From positions 192,884,001-192,948,000 of the forward strand of contig NC_086097.1 of assembly GCF_963921235.1 (NCBI RefSeq): 64,000 bases of DNA, given 5' to 3'. The notes beneath the pieces were generated by a model. That model made no database searches. It was not told the origin of the DNA and saw only the letters and a list, made by a program, of their open reading frames with translations. The stretch comes from Mobula hypostoma (Eukaryota). Below are positions 13,621-26,666 of this stretch, piece after piece. Position 1 is the stretch's first letter; each line of letters starts with the position of its first letter. A program made the translations under genes and the position numbers.

Positions 13621-16600
13621 TTAAGAGATGAAAGAACATAGAATAGTACAGCACAGTACAGGCCCTTCGGCCCACAATGTTGTACCGACCCTCAAACCCT
13701 GCCTCCCATATAAGACCCCACCTTAAATTCCTCCATATACCTGTTCAGTAGTCTCTTAAACTTCACTAGTGTATCTGCCTCCACCACTGACTCAGGCGGT
13801 GCATTCCATGCACCAACCACTCTCTGAGTAAAAACCCTTCCTCTAATATCCCCCTTGAACTTCCCACCCCTTACCTTAAAGCCATGTCTTCTTGTATTGA
13901 GCAGTGGTGCCCTGGGGAAGAGGCGCTGGCTATCCACTCCATCTATTCCTCTTATTATCTTGTACACCTCTATCATGTCTCCTCTCATCCTCTCTCTCTC
14001 CAGAGTGAGGCGACCAGAACTGGACACAGTAATCCAAGTGTGGCCAAACCAGAGTTTTATAGAGCTGCATCATTACATCGCGACCCTTAAACTCTATCCC
14101 TCGACTTATGAAAGCTAACACCCCATAAGCTTTCTTAACTACCCTATCTACCTGTGAGGCATCTTTCAGGGATCTGTGGACATGTACCCCCAGATCCCTC
14201 TGCTCCTCCACACCACCAAGTATCCTGCCATTTACTTTGTACTCTGCCTTGGAGTTTGTCCTTCCAAAGTGTACCACCTCACCCTTCTCTGGGTTGAACT
14301 CCATCTGCCACTTCTCAGCCCACTTCTGCATCTTGTCAATGTCTCTCTGCAATCTTTAACAATCCTCTACACGATCTACAACACCACCAACCTTCATGTC
14401 GTCTGTAAGCTTGCCAACCAACCCTTCTACCCCTACATCCAGGTCATTAATAAAAATCACGAGAAGTAGAGGTCCCAGAACAGATCCTTGTGGAACACCA
14501 CTAGTCACAATCCAACAATTTGAATGTACCCCCTCCACCACGACCCTCTGCCTTCTGTAGCCAAGCCAATTCTGAATCCACCTGGCCAAACTTCCCTGGA
14601 TCCCATGCCTTCTGACTTTCTGAATAAGCCTACCATGTGGAACCTTGTCAAATGCCTTACTAAAATCCATATAGATCACATCCACTGCACTACCCTCATC
14701 AATATGCCTGGTCACCTCCTCAAAGAACTCTATCAGGCTTGTTAAACATGATCTGCACTTCACAAAGCCATTCTGACTGTCCCTGATCAGACCATGATTC
14801 TCTAAATGCCTAGAGATCCTATCTCTAAGAATCTTTTCCAGCAGCTTTCCCACCACAGATGTAAGGCTCACTGATCTATAATTACCTGGACTATCCCTAC
14901 TACCTTTTTTGAAGAAGGGGACAACATTCACCTCCCTCCAATCCTCTGGTACCATTCCCGTGGAAAACGAGGACATAAAGATCCTGGCCAGAGGCTCAGC
15001 AATCTCTTCCCTCGCCTCGTGGAACAGCCTGGGGAAGATTCCGTCAGGCCCCAGGGACATATACGTCCTAATGTATTTTAACAACTCCAACACCTCCTCT
15101 CCCTTAATATCAATATGCTCCAGAACATCAACCTCACTCATATTGTCCTCACCATCATCAAGTTCCCTCTCATTGATGAATACCGAAGAGAAGTATTCAT
15201 TGAGGACCTCGCTCACTTCCACAGCCTCCAGGCACATCTTCCCACCTTTATCTCTAATCGTTCCTACCTTCACTCCTGTCATCCTTTTTTGCTTCATTTG
15301 AAGAATGCCTTGGGGTTTTCCTTTACCCTACTCGCCAAGGCCTTCTCATGCCCCCTTCTTGCTCTTCTCAGCCCCTTCTTAAGTTCCTTTCTTGTTTCCC
15401 TATATTCCTCAATAGACCCATCTGATCCTTGCTTCCTAAACCTCATGTATGCTGCCTTCTTCCACCTGACTAGATTTTCCACCTCACTTGTCACCCTACC
15501 ATTCTTTATCTTCCTCACTGGACAAATTTATCCTTAACATCCTGCAAGAGATCTCTAAACGTCGACCACATGTTCATATTACATTTCCCTACAAAAACAT
15601 CATCCCAATTCTCACCCACAAGTTCTAGCCTTATAGCCTCATAATTTGCCCTTCCCCAATTAAAAATTTTCCTGTCCTCTCTGATTCTATCCTTTTCCAT
15701 GATAATGCTAAAGGCCAGGGAGTGGTGGTCACTGTCCCCCAGATGCTTACCCACTGAGAGATCTGTGACCTGACCCAGTTCATTACCTAGTAATAGATCT
15801 AGTATGGCTAGTCGGCCTGTCCACATACTGTGACAGGAATCCGTCCTGGACACACTTAACAAACTCTGCCCCATCTAAACCCTTGGAACTAATCAGGTGC
15901 CAATCAATATTAGGGAAGTTAAAGTCACCCATGATAACAACCCTGTTATTTTTGCACCTTTCCAAAATCTGCCTCCCAATCTGCTCCTATGTATCTCTGC
16001 TGCTACCCGGGGGCCTATAGAATACCCCCAATAGAGTAACTGCTCCCTTCCTGTTCCTGACTTCCACCCATACTGACTCAAAAGAGGATCCTGCTACATT
16101 ACCCACCCTTTCTGTAGCTGTAATAGTATCCCTGACCAGTAATGCCACTCCTCATCCCCTTTTTCCACCCTCTCTATCCCTTTTAAAGCACTGAAATCCA
16201 GGAATATTGAAAATCCATTCCTGCCCTAGTGCCAGCCAAGTCTCCGTAATGGCCACTACATCATAATTCCATGTATGTATCCAAGCTCTCAGTTCTTCAC
16301 CTTTGTTCCTGATGCTTTTTGCATTGAGGTGCACACATTTCAGCCCTTCTACCTTACTGTCTTTACACCATTTATTCTGTTTCTCTTTCCTCAAAGCCTC
16401 TCTATATGTTAGATCTGGCTTTACTCCATGCATTTCTTTCACTGCTCTATCGCTCTGGGTCCCATTCCTCTTGCAAATTAGTTTAAACCCTCCCGAACCA
16501 TGCTAGCAAACCTACCTGCAAGGATATTGCTCCCCCTAGAGTTCAGGTGCAACCCATCCAATCTGTACAGGTCCCACCTTCCCCAGAAGAGATCCCAACG

Positions 16601-16651
16601 CTCCAAAAATCTAAAACCCTGCTCCCTGCACCAACTCCTCAGCCACGCATT

Positions 16652-17610
16652 TGTCACGGACCCCGTGACGGGGATAAAGAAACAGCAGAGATGGAAAACA
16701 CTTTGGAGTCTCGTATTGCTATAAACTACTAATATTTATTAGTAACTATGCAATACAGTAATATAAATGTAAATAAATCAAACAGGTTAGCAATGATTAT
16801 ATATAAAAGTAAGTGTGGAATATATATATGTATGAAAAAAACAAGCTTCTTTAAGTCTAGGGGTAAAAAGATACAGTCTTACGATGTTGAGTAAAGTTCA
16901 GTTCAGTTTGTGGTATGTAGTTGAGTAGTGATGGAGAGAGAGAGAGAGAGTGAGTTGAGTCTTCAGGTGAGCTGATGCCGTCGATCTTCTCGTCATCCTT
17001 CGAAATCCTTTACCAGTCACCGACTGTGACTTTAACCAGGGGGACCGGTTTTCCTGTGGTGGAGCTATCACCCTGGCAAGGGTGGACACATAGACAACTC
17101 CCCACCAGTCAACCCCTTCTCCTCCGATGGAATAGCAATTTGGATCGATCCGCCTGATCGATCTTCCAAAACCCATTTTCTCTGCGGGCACAACAATGCT
17201 CATTCAGTGTCCAGATCATGTGCCTGAGGTCTGTATCATCTGACCTTCCATTTATTTCACCAGGCTGAGCATCACCTGTCATTCAAAGATCCCTCCTTCC
17301 TTTGTCTGCAAAGAAGTGCACAAGCCGGCAACAAGTCCTTGAAGAAACATCAACAATCAGCCTTTGGTCACCATAGCAACCTTCGAGCTGCTCGGTGCTG
17401 TCTCCGACTCCAAACTCAGTAAAAATCCAAAGTTACTTCCAATGCCTTAAAGTGACAGTCCAACCGTTAATCTTTGTCTCTCTCTCTCTCTTTTCAAAAG
17501 CAACATATCAGTGGTAAATAACTCTGTCTCTCTCTCCTTTCCAAACAAACCATCAATGATAAATGTCTCTCTCCAAGCAGTTAATAGGGGTACTCCTGGA
17601 TCCCCTCACA
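16652..17610. mobile_element. Solo LTR (959 bp)
   Basis: Begins TGT and ends ACA; 4-bp TSD catt (16648-16651 / 17611-17614). Removing it restores CR1 ORF1. AATAAA on the - strand near 16735. Confidence 0.88.
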
Positions 17611-17620
17611 CATTCAACTG

Positions 17621-18196
17621 TCATCTCCTCCAATTCTTACCATCACTATCACGTAGCACTGGCAGCAATCCTGAGAACGCCACCCTTGAGGTCCTGTTCT
17701 TCAGCCTTCTGCCTAGTTCACGAAACTCACCCTTCAGGACCTCATCCCTCTTCCTGCCTATGTCGTTGGTCCCAACATGTATCATGACTTCTGGTTGCTT
17801 TCCCTCTCGTACCAGGATGTTGTGCACCCGGTCAGAGACATCCCGGACCCTGGTACCCGGGAGGCAACAAACCATGCGGATGTCCTTCTCACGTCCACAA
17901 AATCTCCTGTCTGCTCCCCTGACTATAGAGTCTCCACTGACGACAGCTCTCCACTTCTCTGTCCCACCCTTCTGCACCACTGGGTCAGACTCAGTGCCAG
18001 AGGCCCTGCCACCATGGCTCACACCTGGCCGGTCGTCCCTGCCAACAGTATCCAGGACGGTAAACTTATTATTCAGGGGAATGGCCACAGGGGTGTTCTG
18101 CACTACCTGTCTGCTCACCTTCGCTTTCCCCCCTCCAACTGTCACCCAACGACCTGCTTCCGGCAGCCTAGGTGTGACTACCTCCCTGTAGATCAA
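17621..18196 (-). pseudogene. CR1 ORF1 SGNH/GDSL esterase domain; C-terminal part continues at about 16480-16651
   Basis: VSGDSIVRG, CCLPGTRVRDV, IHVGTNDIG. After the LTR it continues NAWLRSWCREQGFRF..WDLFWGRWDLYRLDGLHL. Confidence 0.88.
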
Positions 18197-18724
18197 GGAA
18201 AGTACTTGAAATTACAGCAGAAAGTTTATCAGGTCTTGTAGCCTCTTCCTTCAATAGAGGAGAGAATTATATTACCAACAAAAGCTGTGAGTTGGATTCA
18301 GAATTTTATTTTATTGTATGTGATACTGAAACTACAGATAGAATAATAATGGTAGCATCTGCAGGTTACTATGGTTACAGTTGGTGCTAATGCTTAGGGC
18401 ATTTTTCTGTACAGCCGATGAAAGTCAAGTGAAATCAGTTTGCACGAAATAAATTACATTTCCTATATAACTTAAATGTACATGAAAATGATGGACATAA
18501 AGTGATGGTCCATTGTTCCCTACACTTGAGATGAATTTGATAATTAAAAATAAGCTTCAGAAATTAATTTTGATTGGACTTTAAATGGGCAGGTGTAATG
18601 TGAGTAATTGGATGTGACCCCACCTAGGCTACTGCAGGAGTGACTGAGGGCAAGTCATCAGATCAGACTTATTCTCCCTTATCCTACATAGACTTTAATA
18701 AAGAATTTCACAGGGTCTCTCTAA

Positions 18725-18965
18725 GTTCAAAAGTTCAGAGTAGATTTATTATCGAAGAACATATATAATACCATATACTACACTGAGATTAATTTTCTTT
18801 CAGGCATTCACAGTAGAGCAAAGAAATACCATAGAATCAACGAAAAACGACACACGATGGACAAATAACCAGTTTGCAAAAGATAAACAACCAATGTGCA
18901 AAAGACAAAACAAACAAATACAAACAAAATATTAATAAACAAATAAATATTACTGATAATGAGAT
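18725..18965 (-). mobile_element. Rex-Babar 3'UTR remnant
   Basis: gagattaattttctttcaggcattcacagtag..., the same sequence type as 22485-22790. Confidence 0.55.
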
Positions 18966-19640
18966 GTATTTATTTATCTCACAATGCAGCATGGAGTAGG
19001 TCCTTCTGGCTTTTCGAGACAGGCCACCCCAGCAACCCCTGACAAATCCGGTTAACCCTACGGGACAACTTGTTATTGTTGCTTTGTATATCAGGTGTTT
19101 TTCTCTTCACACTTGCACTTGTTTTTTTGTCAAGCCACTGCTCTAGCTCGTAGCCACATCGATGGACAGCAGCAAAGCCATCTCAGATCTTGGTGCGAGG
19201 GCATGTTTGGACCAGGTGGAGGACATCCTGGGTTGGGGCACCTCAGGGGCAAACTGAGGTTTGTCAGGCACCCCATCAGTGTAGTGTTTGTACTGTTTTG
19301 ACATGTCGCCTTCTGACCTCCACAACCTGGATCAACACATTGACATCATGTGGAAGTTTGCGTGCTTCAGGGATGCCAAATCAGGGCCACCCACGTTGGA
19401 ATGGCTGTGGACGAGATGCCAGACGAAGATTGATCCAGCCCCGGCTCCCAAATGGACAGACTCGTATTTGACCCTCCCAGGCCACACTTCATCATGAATC
19501 GATGGGACAATTTACAATGCCTCACTAACCTATCCAGTAAATGTTTGGTCTGTAGGAGGAAACTGGAGGACCCAGAGGAAACCCATGCATTCAATGGGGA
19601 GTTGTAATAGGATAGCGCTAACTCTATGCTACCTTGGCAC
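18966..19640 (-). mobile_element. SINE split by an insertion at 19072-19501
   Basis: gggacaatttacaatg...ggaggaaactggaggacccagaggaaacccatgc; same family as 55340-55610 and 57270-57670. Confidence 0.65.
19072..19501 (-). mobile_element. Vingi/Ingi-like LINE 3' fragment
   Basis: The - strand translates LH*WGA*QTSVCP*GAPTQDVLHLVQTCPRTKI*DGFAAVHRCGYELEQWLDKK..VQV*. CAA-like tail. 12-bp flanking repeat acgggacaactt / atgggacaattt. Confidence 0.7.
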
Positions 19641-19759
19641 CCAAAGTGAGTCCATAATTTGTGAAATCAGTTCAGTGTTGAGGTGAGTGAAGTTCTCCAT
19701 GCTGGTTCAAGAGCCTAATGATTGAAGGGTAATAACTATTACTAAAACTAGTGGTATGG

Positions 19760-20660
19760 GACCAAAAGCACATGGTAGGTTTGTCCAGAAGATTACGATG
19801 CATAGGATCCACTGTGACTTGGTCATTTGGATACAAAGTTGGCATGCCCATAGAAAACTGAAAGTGGTTGTTGATGTGTCTTATTCTAGCTGGATGTCTA
19901 TGATGAGTGTGAGTGTATGTGTGGGTGTCTTTTTTTTTGCAAGTTTTCCTACCTGGGCCTCTGCTGCTTGTGATATTATATAAATGTCTTGGATGAAAAT
20001 TTGGATAGGTGGATCAGTAAATTCACAGGTCATAGATAAAGATGGTGGAACTGCAGATAACGTGTAAGTTTGTTAAATGGTATAGCAGAATATAGATCAG
20101 TTACAAACATGGGCAAGGAAATCTCAGAGTCCTAATCAATACGTCCCTTAAAGTGATTGCACAGGTTGATAGGGTGGTAAAGATGGTGTATTTTATGCTT
20201 GCCTTTACTAGTCAAAGCATTGTGTTTAAGAGTTAGGAAGCTATGTTGAAGCTTCATAAAACTATGGTTAGATCATATGTGGAGAATTGCTTTCAACTCT
20301 GGCAGCCACACGATAGAAAAGTTGTCGAGGCTTTGGAGAGGGTGAGGTAGAAGTTTACTAGGATGCTGTCTCAATTGGAGGATGTGTGCTATAACAAGAG
20401 GTTGGACAAAGTTGGACTGTTTTCCTGGAGCAATGCAGGCTGACAGGAGACCTAAAAGAAGTTGATAAAATTATGGGGTGCATAGATAAAGTAGACACTC
20501 TGTATCCTTTCCCCAAGTTTGAAATCTCTAATATGAGAGGGCAGCATTTAAATGGAAAGGGCTAAATTCGAAGGAAATGTGCAGGGAAAGATTTTAAGCT
20601 TTTTTTTTGGACAGAGTGATGGGTGCCTGGAATGTGCTGCCAGAGGTGATGGCGGAAGCA
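19760..20660 (+). mobile_element. Old decayed CR1 RT/3' region
   Basis: HGRFVQKI..HRIH..LVIWIQSW, gtttactaggatgctg, gggtgcctggaatgtgctgccagaggtg. Confidence 0.75.
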
Positions 20661-20664
20661 CGTG

Positions 20665-22092
20665 CAGATTCCTGGGTATCAACATGTTGAAGGATCTCTC
20701 CTGGGACTAACACCTTGTTGTAATCATGAAGAAGTCTCATCATTGGCTATGTTTCATCAAGATTTTGAGGAGATTTGTTAAGTCACCAAAGCTCTAGCAA
20801 ACTTCTACAGATGTATGGTGGATGGCATTCTGATTGGTTGTACCACCACCTGGAGCGGAGGCTCCAATGTACAGAATAGAAAGAAGCTGCCGAGGGTTGT
20901 ACAGTCAGCCAGTTCCATCACAGGCACAGCCCTTCCCACCATCGAGGAGATGCTCAAGGTGTATCCATCATTAGGAACTCCCACCATCTGGGTCATACCC
21001 TCTTCTCATTACCACCATCAGGGTGTAGGTACAGGACCCTGAAGATGCATAATCAACATTTTAGGAACAGCTTCTGCCCCTCTACCATCTACTACTACTA
21101 CGTCGACTCAGGCCTAGGGGGCCAGCGTCGGGCACGATGACGGACTCTCCACTTCTCCCTCTCCCTCATCAGTGTGTTCAGTTCATCTATATTAGCCGTG
21201 CTGCTGTCTTCTAGGAGCGTGTTGACCATAGTCTTGGGAGGGCGCCCAGGGTTCATCCTCCCATGCTTGGGCTCCCATATGATGACTAGGCTGGCAAGTA
21301 GCTAGGGATGGCATAGACAGTGCCCCAATAGTTACAGTCTTCTTGCCTCGATTTTGGTGGTGAACATCGGTAGGTCGTCATAGAGCTCGACGTTTGTCAT
21401 GTGCTGTTGCCAACTCACGTCAAGGTACCAAAGGTCATGACAAGCTTGGTTTTACCATAAAACCAGGATGACCCAAAAGGGTCAGACCAGTTACACTCAC
21501 AGATCTCGATGACAAAATCCTGCTCTCTGACCAGATGGAGGAAGCGCAGCAGCTATTCACAAAAGTTGAAATTAAGTGCAATAAAATTGGACTTCACCTA
21601 AATGCTAAAAAGACAGAGTACATGGCAGCTAACTGTGATGAAGGTACTCTCAAGACCGTAAAGAATGATACCATTAAGAAAGTCTTTGACTTCAAGTACC
21701 TCGAGTCAAGAATGATGAGTTCAGAGAAGGACATAAAGATACGGAAGGTGCTGGCGTGGAGGGCTATGAATGACATGAAGGAAATCTGGAAGTTGAACCT
21801 GACCAGAGGGCTTAAAAAGAGGATTTTCATAGCAGTCATAGAGTCCATTCACACATACGGATGTCAGACGTGGACACTCACCAAGACTATGCGAAAGTCT
21901 CTAGATGGTTGCTATACACGAATGCTCCGGATGGCTCTACCATCAGATTTCTATAAACATTCGCTATTCCTCCTTTGCTCTACTTAGTTATTGTAGCCTC
22001 CAGTAATTTTTATGCCTTGCACTGTAATACTGTCACAAAACAACAAATTTCATGACATGGTATGTCAGTAGTAATATACATGATTCTGATTC
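20665..22092 (+). mobile_element. Rex-Babar 3' fragment, interrupted by the RTE at 21090-21934
   Basis: ILIGCTTTW..RKKLPRVVQSASSITGTALPTIE. The host sequence aacagcttctgcccctctaccatc|agatttct is restored on removing the insert. Confidence 0.8.
21090..21934 (-). mobile_element. RTE-clade LINE with inverted 5' segment
   Basis: (TAG)n tail at 21090. The - segment 21090-21424 encodes LDVSWQQHMTN...GRPPKT...; the + segment 21425-21938 encodes ...LNAKKTEYM...LDGCYTRMLRMAL. TSD ctctaccatc. Confidence 0.88.
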
Positions 22093-22789
22093 AAAATATG
22101 ACCATAGCAATATGCAGACTCTTAGATAAGCACATGAATGTAGAGAAGAAGGAAGGATATGCACCATGTGGGAAGAGGGATAAGTTTAATTAGTTCTCAT
22201 TAGCTTAATAGTCTGGCAAAACATCATAGGATGAAGGGCATGTCCATTGTTGTACTGGTCTATGTTCTCTGCACTATATCATTGAATTCCTCTAATCACC
22301 TCTCCAGCAAACCTAGACAATCCACAATTATCCTCCAAACCTCATGTCTATATTTAAACATAGAACACAGAACAGTATAACATAGGAACAGTCCCTCTGA
22401 CCCATAAGTCTACGCCAGTCTAACTCATCACATCTGCCTGCACATGGTCTATATTTCTCCATTCCTGCCCGTACATTTTCAAAGTAAATGTATTACTAAG
22501 ATACATATATGTCACGTGTACTTCCCTAAGATTCATTTTCTTGCAGGCATTCATAGTAAAAGCAAAGAGATACAATATAGTCAATGAAATCTTACACCGA
22601 GAAGCAGCAAATGTGCAAGACAAAACTGCAAATAATAAATAAATTAATTAAGTAATAATACTGAGAATATGAGTTGTAGAGTCCTTGCAAATGAGTCCAT
22701 GGGTTGTGGAATCATTTCGGTGTTGAGGTGGGTGAAGATATTCATGCTGGTTCAAGAACGAAGTGGTTGAAGGGTAATAAATGTTCCTA

Positions 22790-24000
22790 AGAAGAATATG
22801 GTATCCTGCCTCAATGACTACCATCCAGTAGCACTCACACAACTGTGATGAAGTGCTTTGAGAGTCTTGTTGATTAAACATACCAACTCCAGCCTGAGAA
22901 GTGACTTGGATCTGCTCCAACAGGTCAACAGCAGATGCCATTTCATTGGCTTCTCAATCAGCACTGGCATATCTTGACTGCCAAGATGCATATATCAGGT
23001 TGTTCTTCAATGACTCCAGCTTGGCATTCAGTACTATTATCTCCTCAAAACTAATCAATAAGCTCCAAGGACTAGACCTCAATACTACCTTGTGCAACTG
23101 TATCTTCAATTTCCTCACCTGCAGGCCCAGTCATTTTAGATCATCACCTCCATGAATCAGAATCGGGTTTATTATCACCATCAGCACAAGTGCACCACAA
23201 GGCTGTGTGCTTAGTCCCCTGTTCTACTTACTTTATACTTAGCATTGTGAGGATAGGCACAGTTCCAATGGCATATTTAAGTTTGCTCATGACTGTCGTT
23301 GGCTGAATCAAAGATAGGGATGAATCAGCATATTAGGGAGATTGAAAACCTGGGTGAATGATGCCACAACAATCTCTCACTTAATGTTGGCAAGACCAAG
23401 GAGCTGATTATTGCCCAGAAGGAGGAAAATGGAGGCCCATGAGCCTGTCTTCATCAGGAGATCAAAGGTAGAGAAGGTCAGCAACTTTAAATTCCTCAGA
23501 GTTATCATTTCAGGGAATCTGTACTGGGTCCAGCACTTAAGTGCAATTATGAACCACACAGCAGCACTTCTACTGTCTTAGAAGTTTGTGAAGATTCAGC
23601 ATGTTGTCTAAAACTGAGACAAACTTCTATAGGTGTGTGGTGGAGAGTATATGGACTAGTTGCATCATGGCCTGATATGGAAACACCAAAGCCCTTGAAC
23701 AGAAAAAACTACAAGAAGTAGTGGATATGACTCAGTCCATTACAGGCAATGCCCTTCCACCATTGAGCATACCCGTACAGTGCGCTGTAACATGAAAGCG
23801 GCATCCATCATCAAGGACCTCCACCACCCAGCACATGCTCTCTTCTCACTGCTCCCAAACAGGAAGAAATTATTATTCCTGAGCCATCAGGCTTTTGAAC
23901 CAGCGAGGATGGTTTCACCCAATTTCAGTTGGTCCCTTTCACTGAACCGTTCCCACAACCTGTGGACACTTCCAAGGACACTTCATCTCATATTCTCGAT
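22790..24000 (+). mobile_element. Decayed Rex-Babar LINE
   Basis: NRSTADAISLA, YIRLFFNDSSLAFSTII, gcaccacaaggctgtgtgcttagtcc (APQGCVLSP), IIKDLHHPAHALFSLLP. Confidence 0.85.
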
Positions 24001-24011
24001 ATCCAAATAAT

Positions 24012-25860
24012 GGATAATCCAAAGAGCTGAAGGATAATCCAAAGAGCTTTTACAGGTATATTAAGAGCAAAAGGATTGTAAGGGATAAAATTGGTCCTCT
24101 TGAAGATCAGAGTGGCCGGCTATGTGTGAAACCAAAGAAAATGGGGGAGATCTTAAATAGGTTTTTTGAGTCTGTATTTACTAAGGAAACTGGCATGAAG
24201 TCTATGGAATTAAGGGAAACAAGTAGTGAGATCATGGAAACTGTACAGATCGAAAAGGAGAAGATCCTTGCTGTCTTGAGGAAAATTAAAGTGGATAGTT
24301 CCCCGGGACCTGACAGGGTGTTCCCTCAGACCTGGAAGGAGACTAGTGTTGAAATTGCAGGGGCCTTGGCAGAAATATCCAAAATGTCGCCGTCTACAGG
24401 TGGGGTGCCGGAGGATTGGAGAGTGGCTCATGTTGTTCCATTGTTTAAAAAAGGATCGAAAAGTAATCCGGGAGGCCGGTGAGTTTAACGTCAGTAGTAG
24501 GTAAGTTATTGGAGGGAGTACTAAGAGACAGAATCTACAAGCATTTGGATAGACAGGGGCTTATTAGGGAGAGTCAACATGGCTTTGTGCGTGGTAGGTC
24601 ATGTTTGACCAATCTATTGGAGTTTTTCGAGGAGGTTACCAGGAAAGTGGATGAAGGGAAGGCAGTGGATATTGTCTACATGGACTTCAGTAAGGCCTTT
24701 GACAAGGTCCCGCATGGGAGGTTAGTTAGGAAAATTCAGTCGCTAGGTATACATGGAGAGGTGGTAAATTGGATTAGACATTGGCTCAATGGAAGAAGCC
24801 AAAGAGTGGTAGTAGAGAATTGCTTCTCCAAGTGGAGGCCTGTGACTAGTGGTGTGCCACAGGGATCAGTGCTGGGTCCATTGTTATTTGTCATCTATAT
24901 CAATGATCTGGATGATAACGTGGTAAATTGGATCAGCAAATTTGCTGATGATACAAAGATTGGAGGTGTAGTAGACAGTGAGGAAGGTTTTCAGAGCCTG
25001 TAGAGGGACTTGGACCAGCTGGAAAAATGGGCTAAAAAATGGCAGATGGAGTTTAATACAGACAAGTGTGAGGTATTGCACGTTGGAAGGACAAACCAAG
25101 GTAGAACATACAGGGTTAATGGTAAGGCACTGAGGAGTGCAATGGAACAGAGGGATCTGGGAATACAGATACAAAATTCCCTAAAAGTGGCGTCACAGGT
25201 AGATAGGGTCGTAAAGAGAGCTTTTGGTACATTGGCCTTTATTAATCAAAGTATTGAGTATAAGAGCTGGAATGTTATGATGAGGTTGTATAAAGCATTG
25301 GTGAGGCCGAATCTGGAGTATTGTGTTCAGTTTTGGTCACCAAATTACAGGAAGGATATAAATAAGGTTGAAAGAGTGCAGAGAAGGTTTACAAGGATGT
25401 TGCCGGGACTGAGAAACTCAGTTACAGAGAAAGGTTGAATAGGTTAGGACTTTATTCCCTGGAGCATAGGAAAATGAGGGGAGATTTGATAGAGGCATAT
25501 AAAATTATGATGGGTATAGATAGACTGAATGCAAACAGGCTTTTTCCACTGAGGCAAGGGGAGAAAAAAACCAGAGGACATGGGTTAAGGGTGAGGGGGA
25601 AAAGTTTAAAGGGAACATTAGGGGGGGCTTCTTCACACAGAGAGTGGTGGGAGTATGGAATGAGCTGCCAGACGAGGTGGTAAATGCGGGTTCTTTTTTA
25701 ACATTTAAGAATAAATTGGACAGATACATGGATGGGAGGTGTATGGAGGTATATGGTCCGTATGCAGGTCAGTGGGGCTAGGCAGAAAATGGTTTGGCAC
25801 AGCCAAGAAGGGCCAAAAGGCCTGTTTCTGTGCTGCAGTTTCTATGATTCTATGGTTCTA
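24012..25860 (+). mobile_element. Young CR1 LINE, 5'-truncated
   Basis: SPGPDRVFP, QHGFVRGRSCLTNL, SKFADDTK, LEYCVQFWSP. (TTCTATG)-type tail. Few disruptions. Confidence 0.95.
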
Positions 25861-25864
25861 TCTA

Positions 25865-25902
25865 TTACTTACTTACTTACTTACTTACTTATTTATTTAT
25901 TT
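25865..25902. repeat. (TTAC)n/(TTTA)n microsatellite
   Basis: ttacttacttacttacttacttacttatttatttat seen directly. Confidence 0.85.
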
Positions 25903-26666
25903 TCTCTCAGCTAGTAAAACCTGAGTTTTGGGCATACCCAAGCATGCTCATTTGTCAATTGCTAGGAGCTTTTTGACTGTTCTGGTTGTGTTTACTATTA
26001 TGGCTTTCTGAAGATTCACATAGATATTACTGTGTAGCCCTAATTGTTTAATGCTATTGTGCAGTGCCTTCGGGATGATACCAGTTGTAGATATTACTGT
26101 CAGGACAATGTATACCGGAGTCTTTCAATTTACTCTTTTAATTCAGCATATTTCTGGTGTCTTTCACTTATTGATACCCGTGTTTGGAATGGCTAATTCT
26201 ATTAAATAATTTGTTCTTGTTTATCCTGTATTATTATATCTGGATGGTTGCTATGATTTGCCCTATCCATAATAAATGATCGGTCATGATGTAATTTGTG
26301 GTATTCTGACTCTAAAACTGGATCAGGCTTGTATTTATAATAAGGTGTGATTTCATTTATGAGTTTGTATATTAAAGCAGATTATGATGAATATTGCTTG
26401 CCGCTTAATTGTGCCTGTGTAGGTAATCAAATTGAGCAAACTGCTGCAGAATCCGGTATTGTGCTGGATTGTTTCTGGTTTCTTTTACATTTTCTGCATT
26501 TATCATCTCAGATTTCTTGGTCTTTTATTATTTTTTTGATATTTTTTGCATTAACCACCTGGTCCTGTATTACCACAAGAAATTATTCTGTTTCTGGGAA
26601 GAGGTCTCCAACTCTGAGCCAAGCATTTTGGTGCTTCCTCAACATCTAGTCTGCTCAGATCATAAT

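Larger units (their letters stand above)
13633..18196 (-). mobile_element. Near full-length CR1 LINE (ORF1 esterase, ORF2 APE-RT), interrupted by a solo LTR
   Basis: ORF1 GDSIVRG/HVGTND/DGLHL. ORF2 LNAKSIRNK, AITETW, MGDFNFP, DFSKAFDKVPH, SGVPQGSVLGP, KLTDD. 3' tail at 13633. Several frameshifts and a deletion near 14000. Confidence 0.95.

Noticed and set aside
501..13935. Long-range inverted repeat
   Set aside because: Two independent insertions of one abundant CR1 subfamily.
19360..19501. HDV-like ribozyme at the 5' end of the Vingi-like insert
   Set aside because: Partial P1/P3-like pairing is present, but I could not find P1.1 or a convincing P2.
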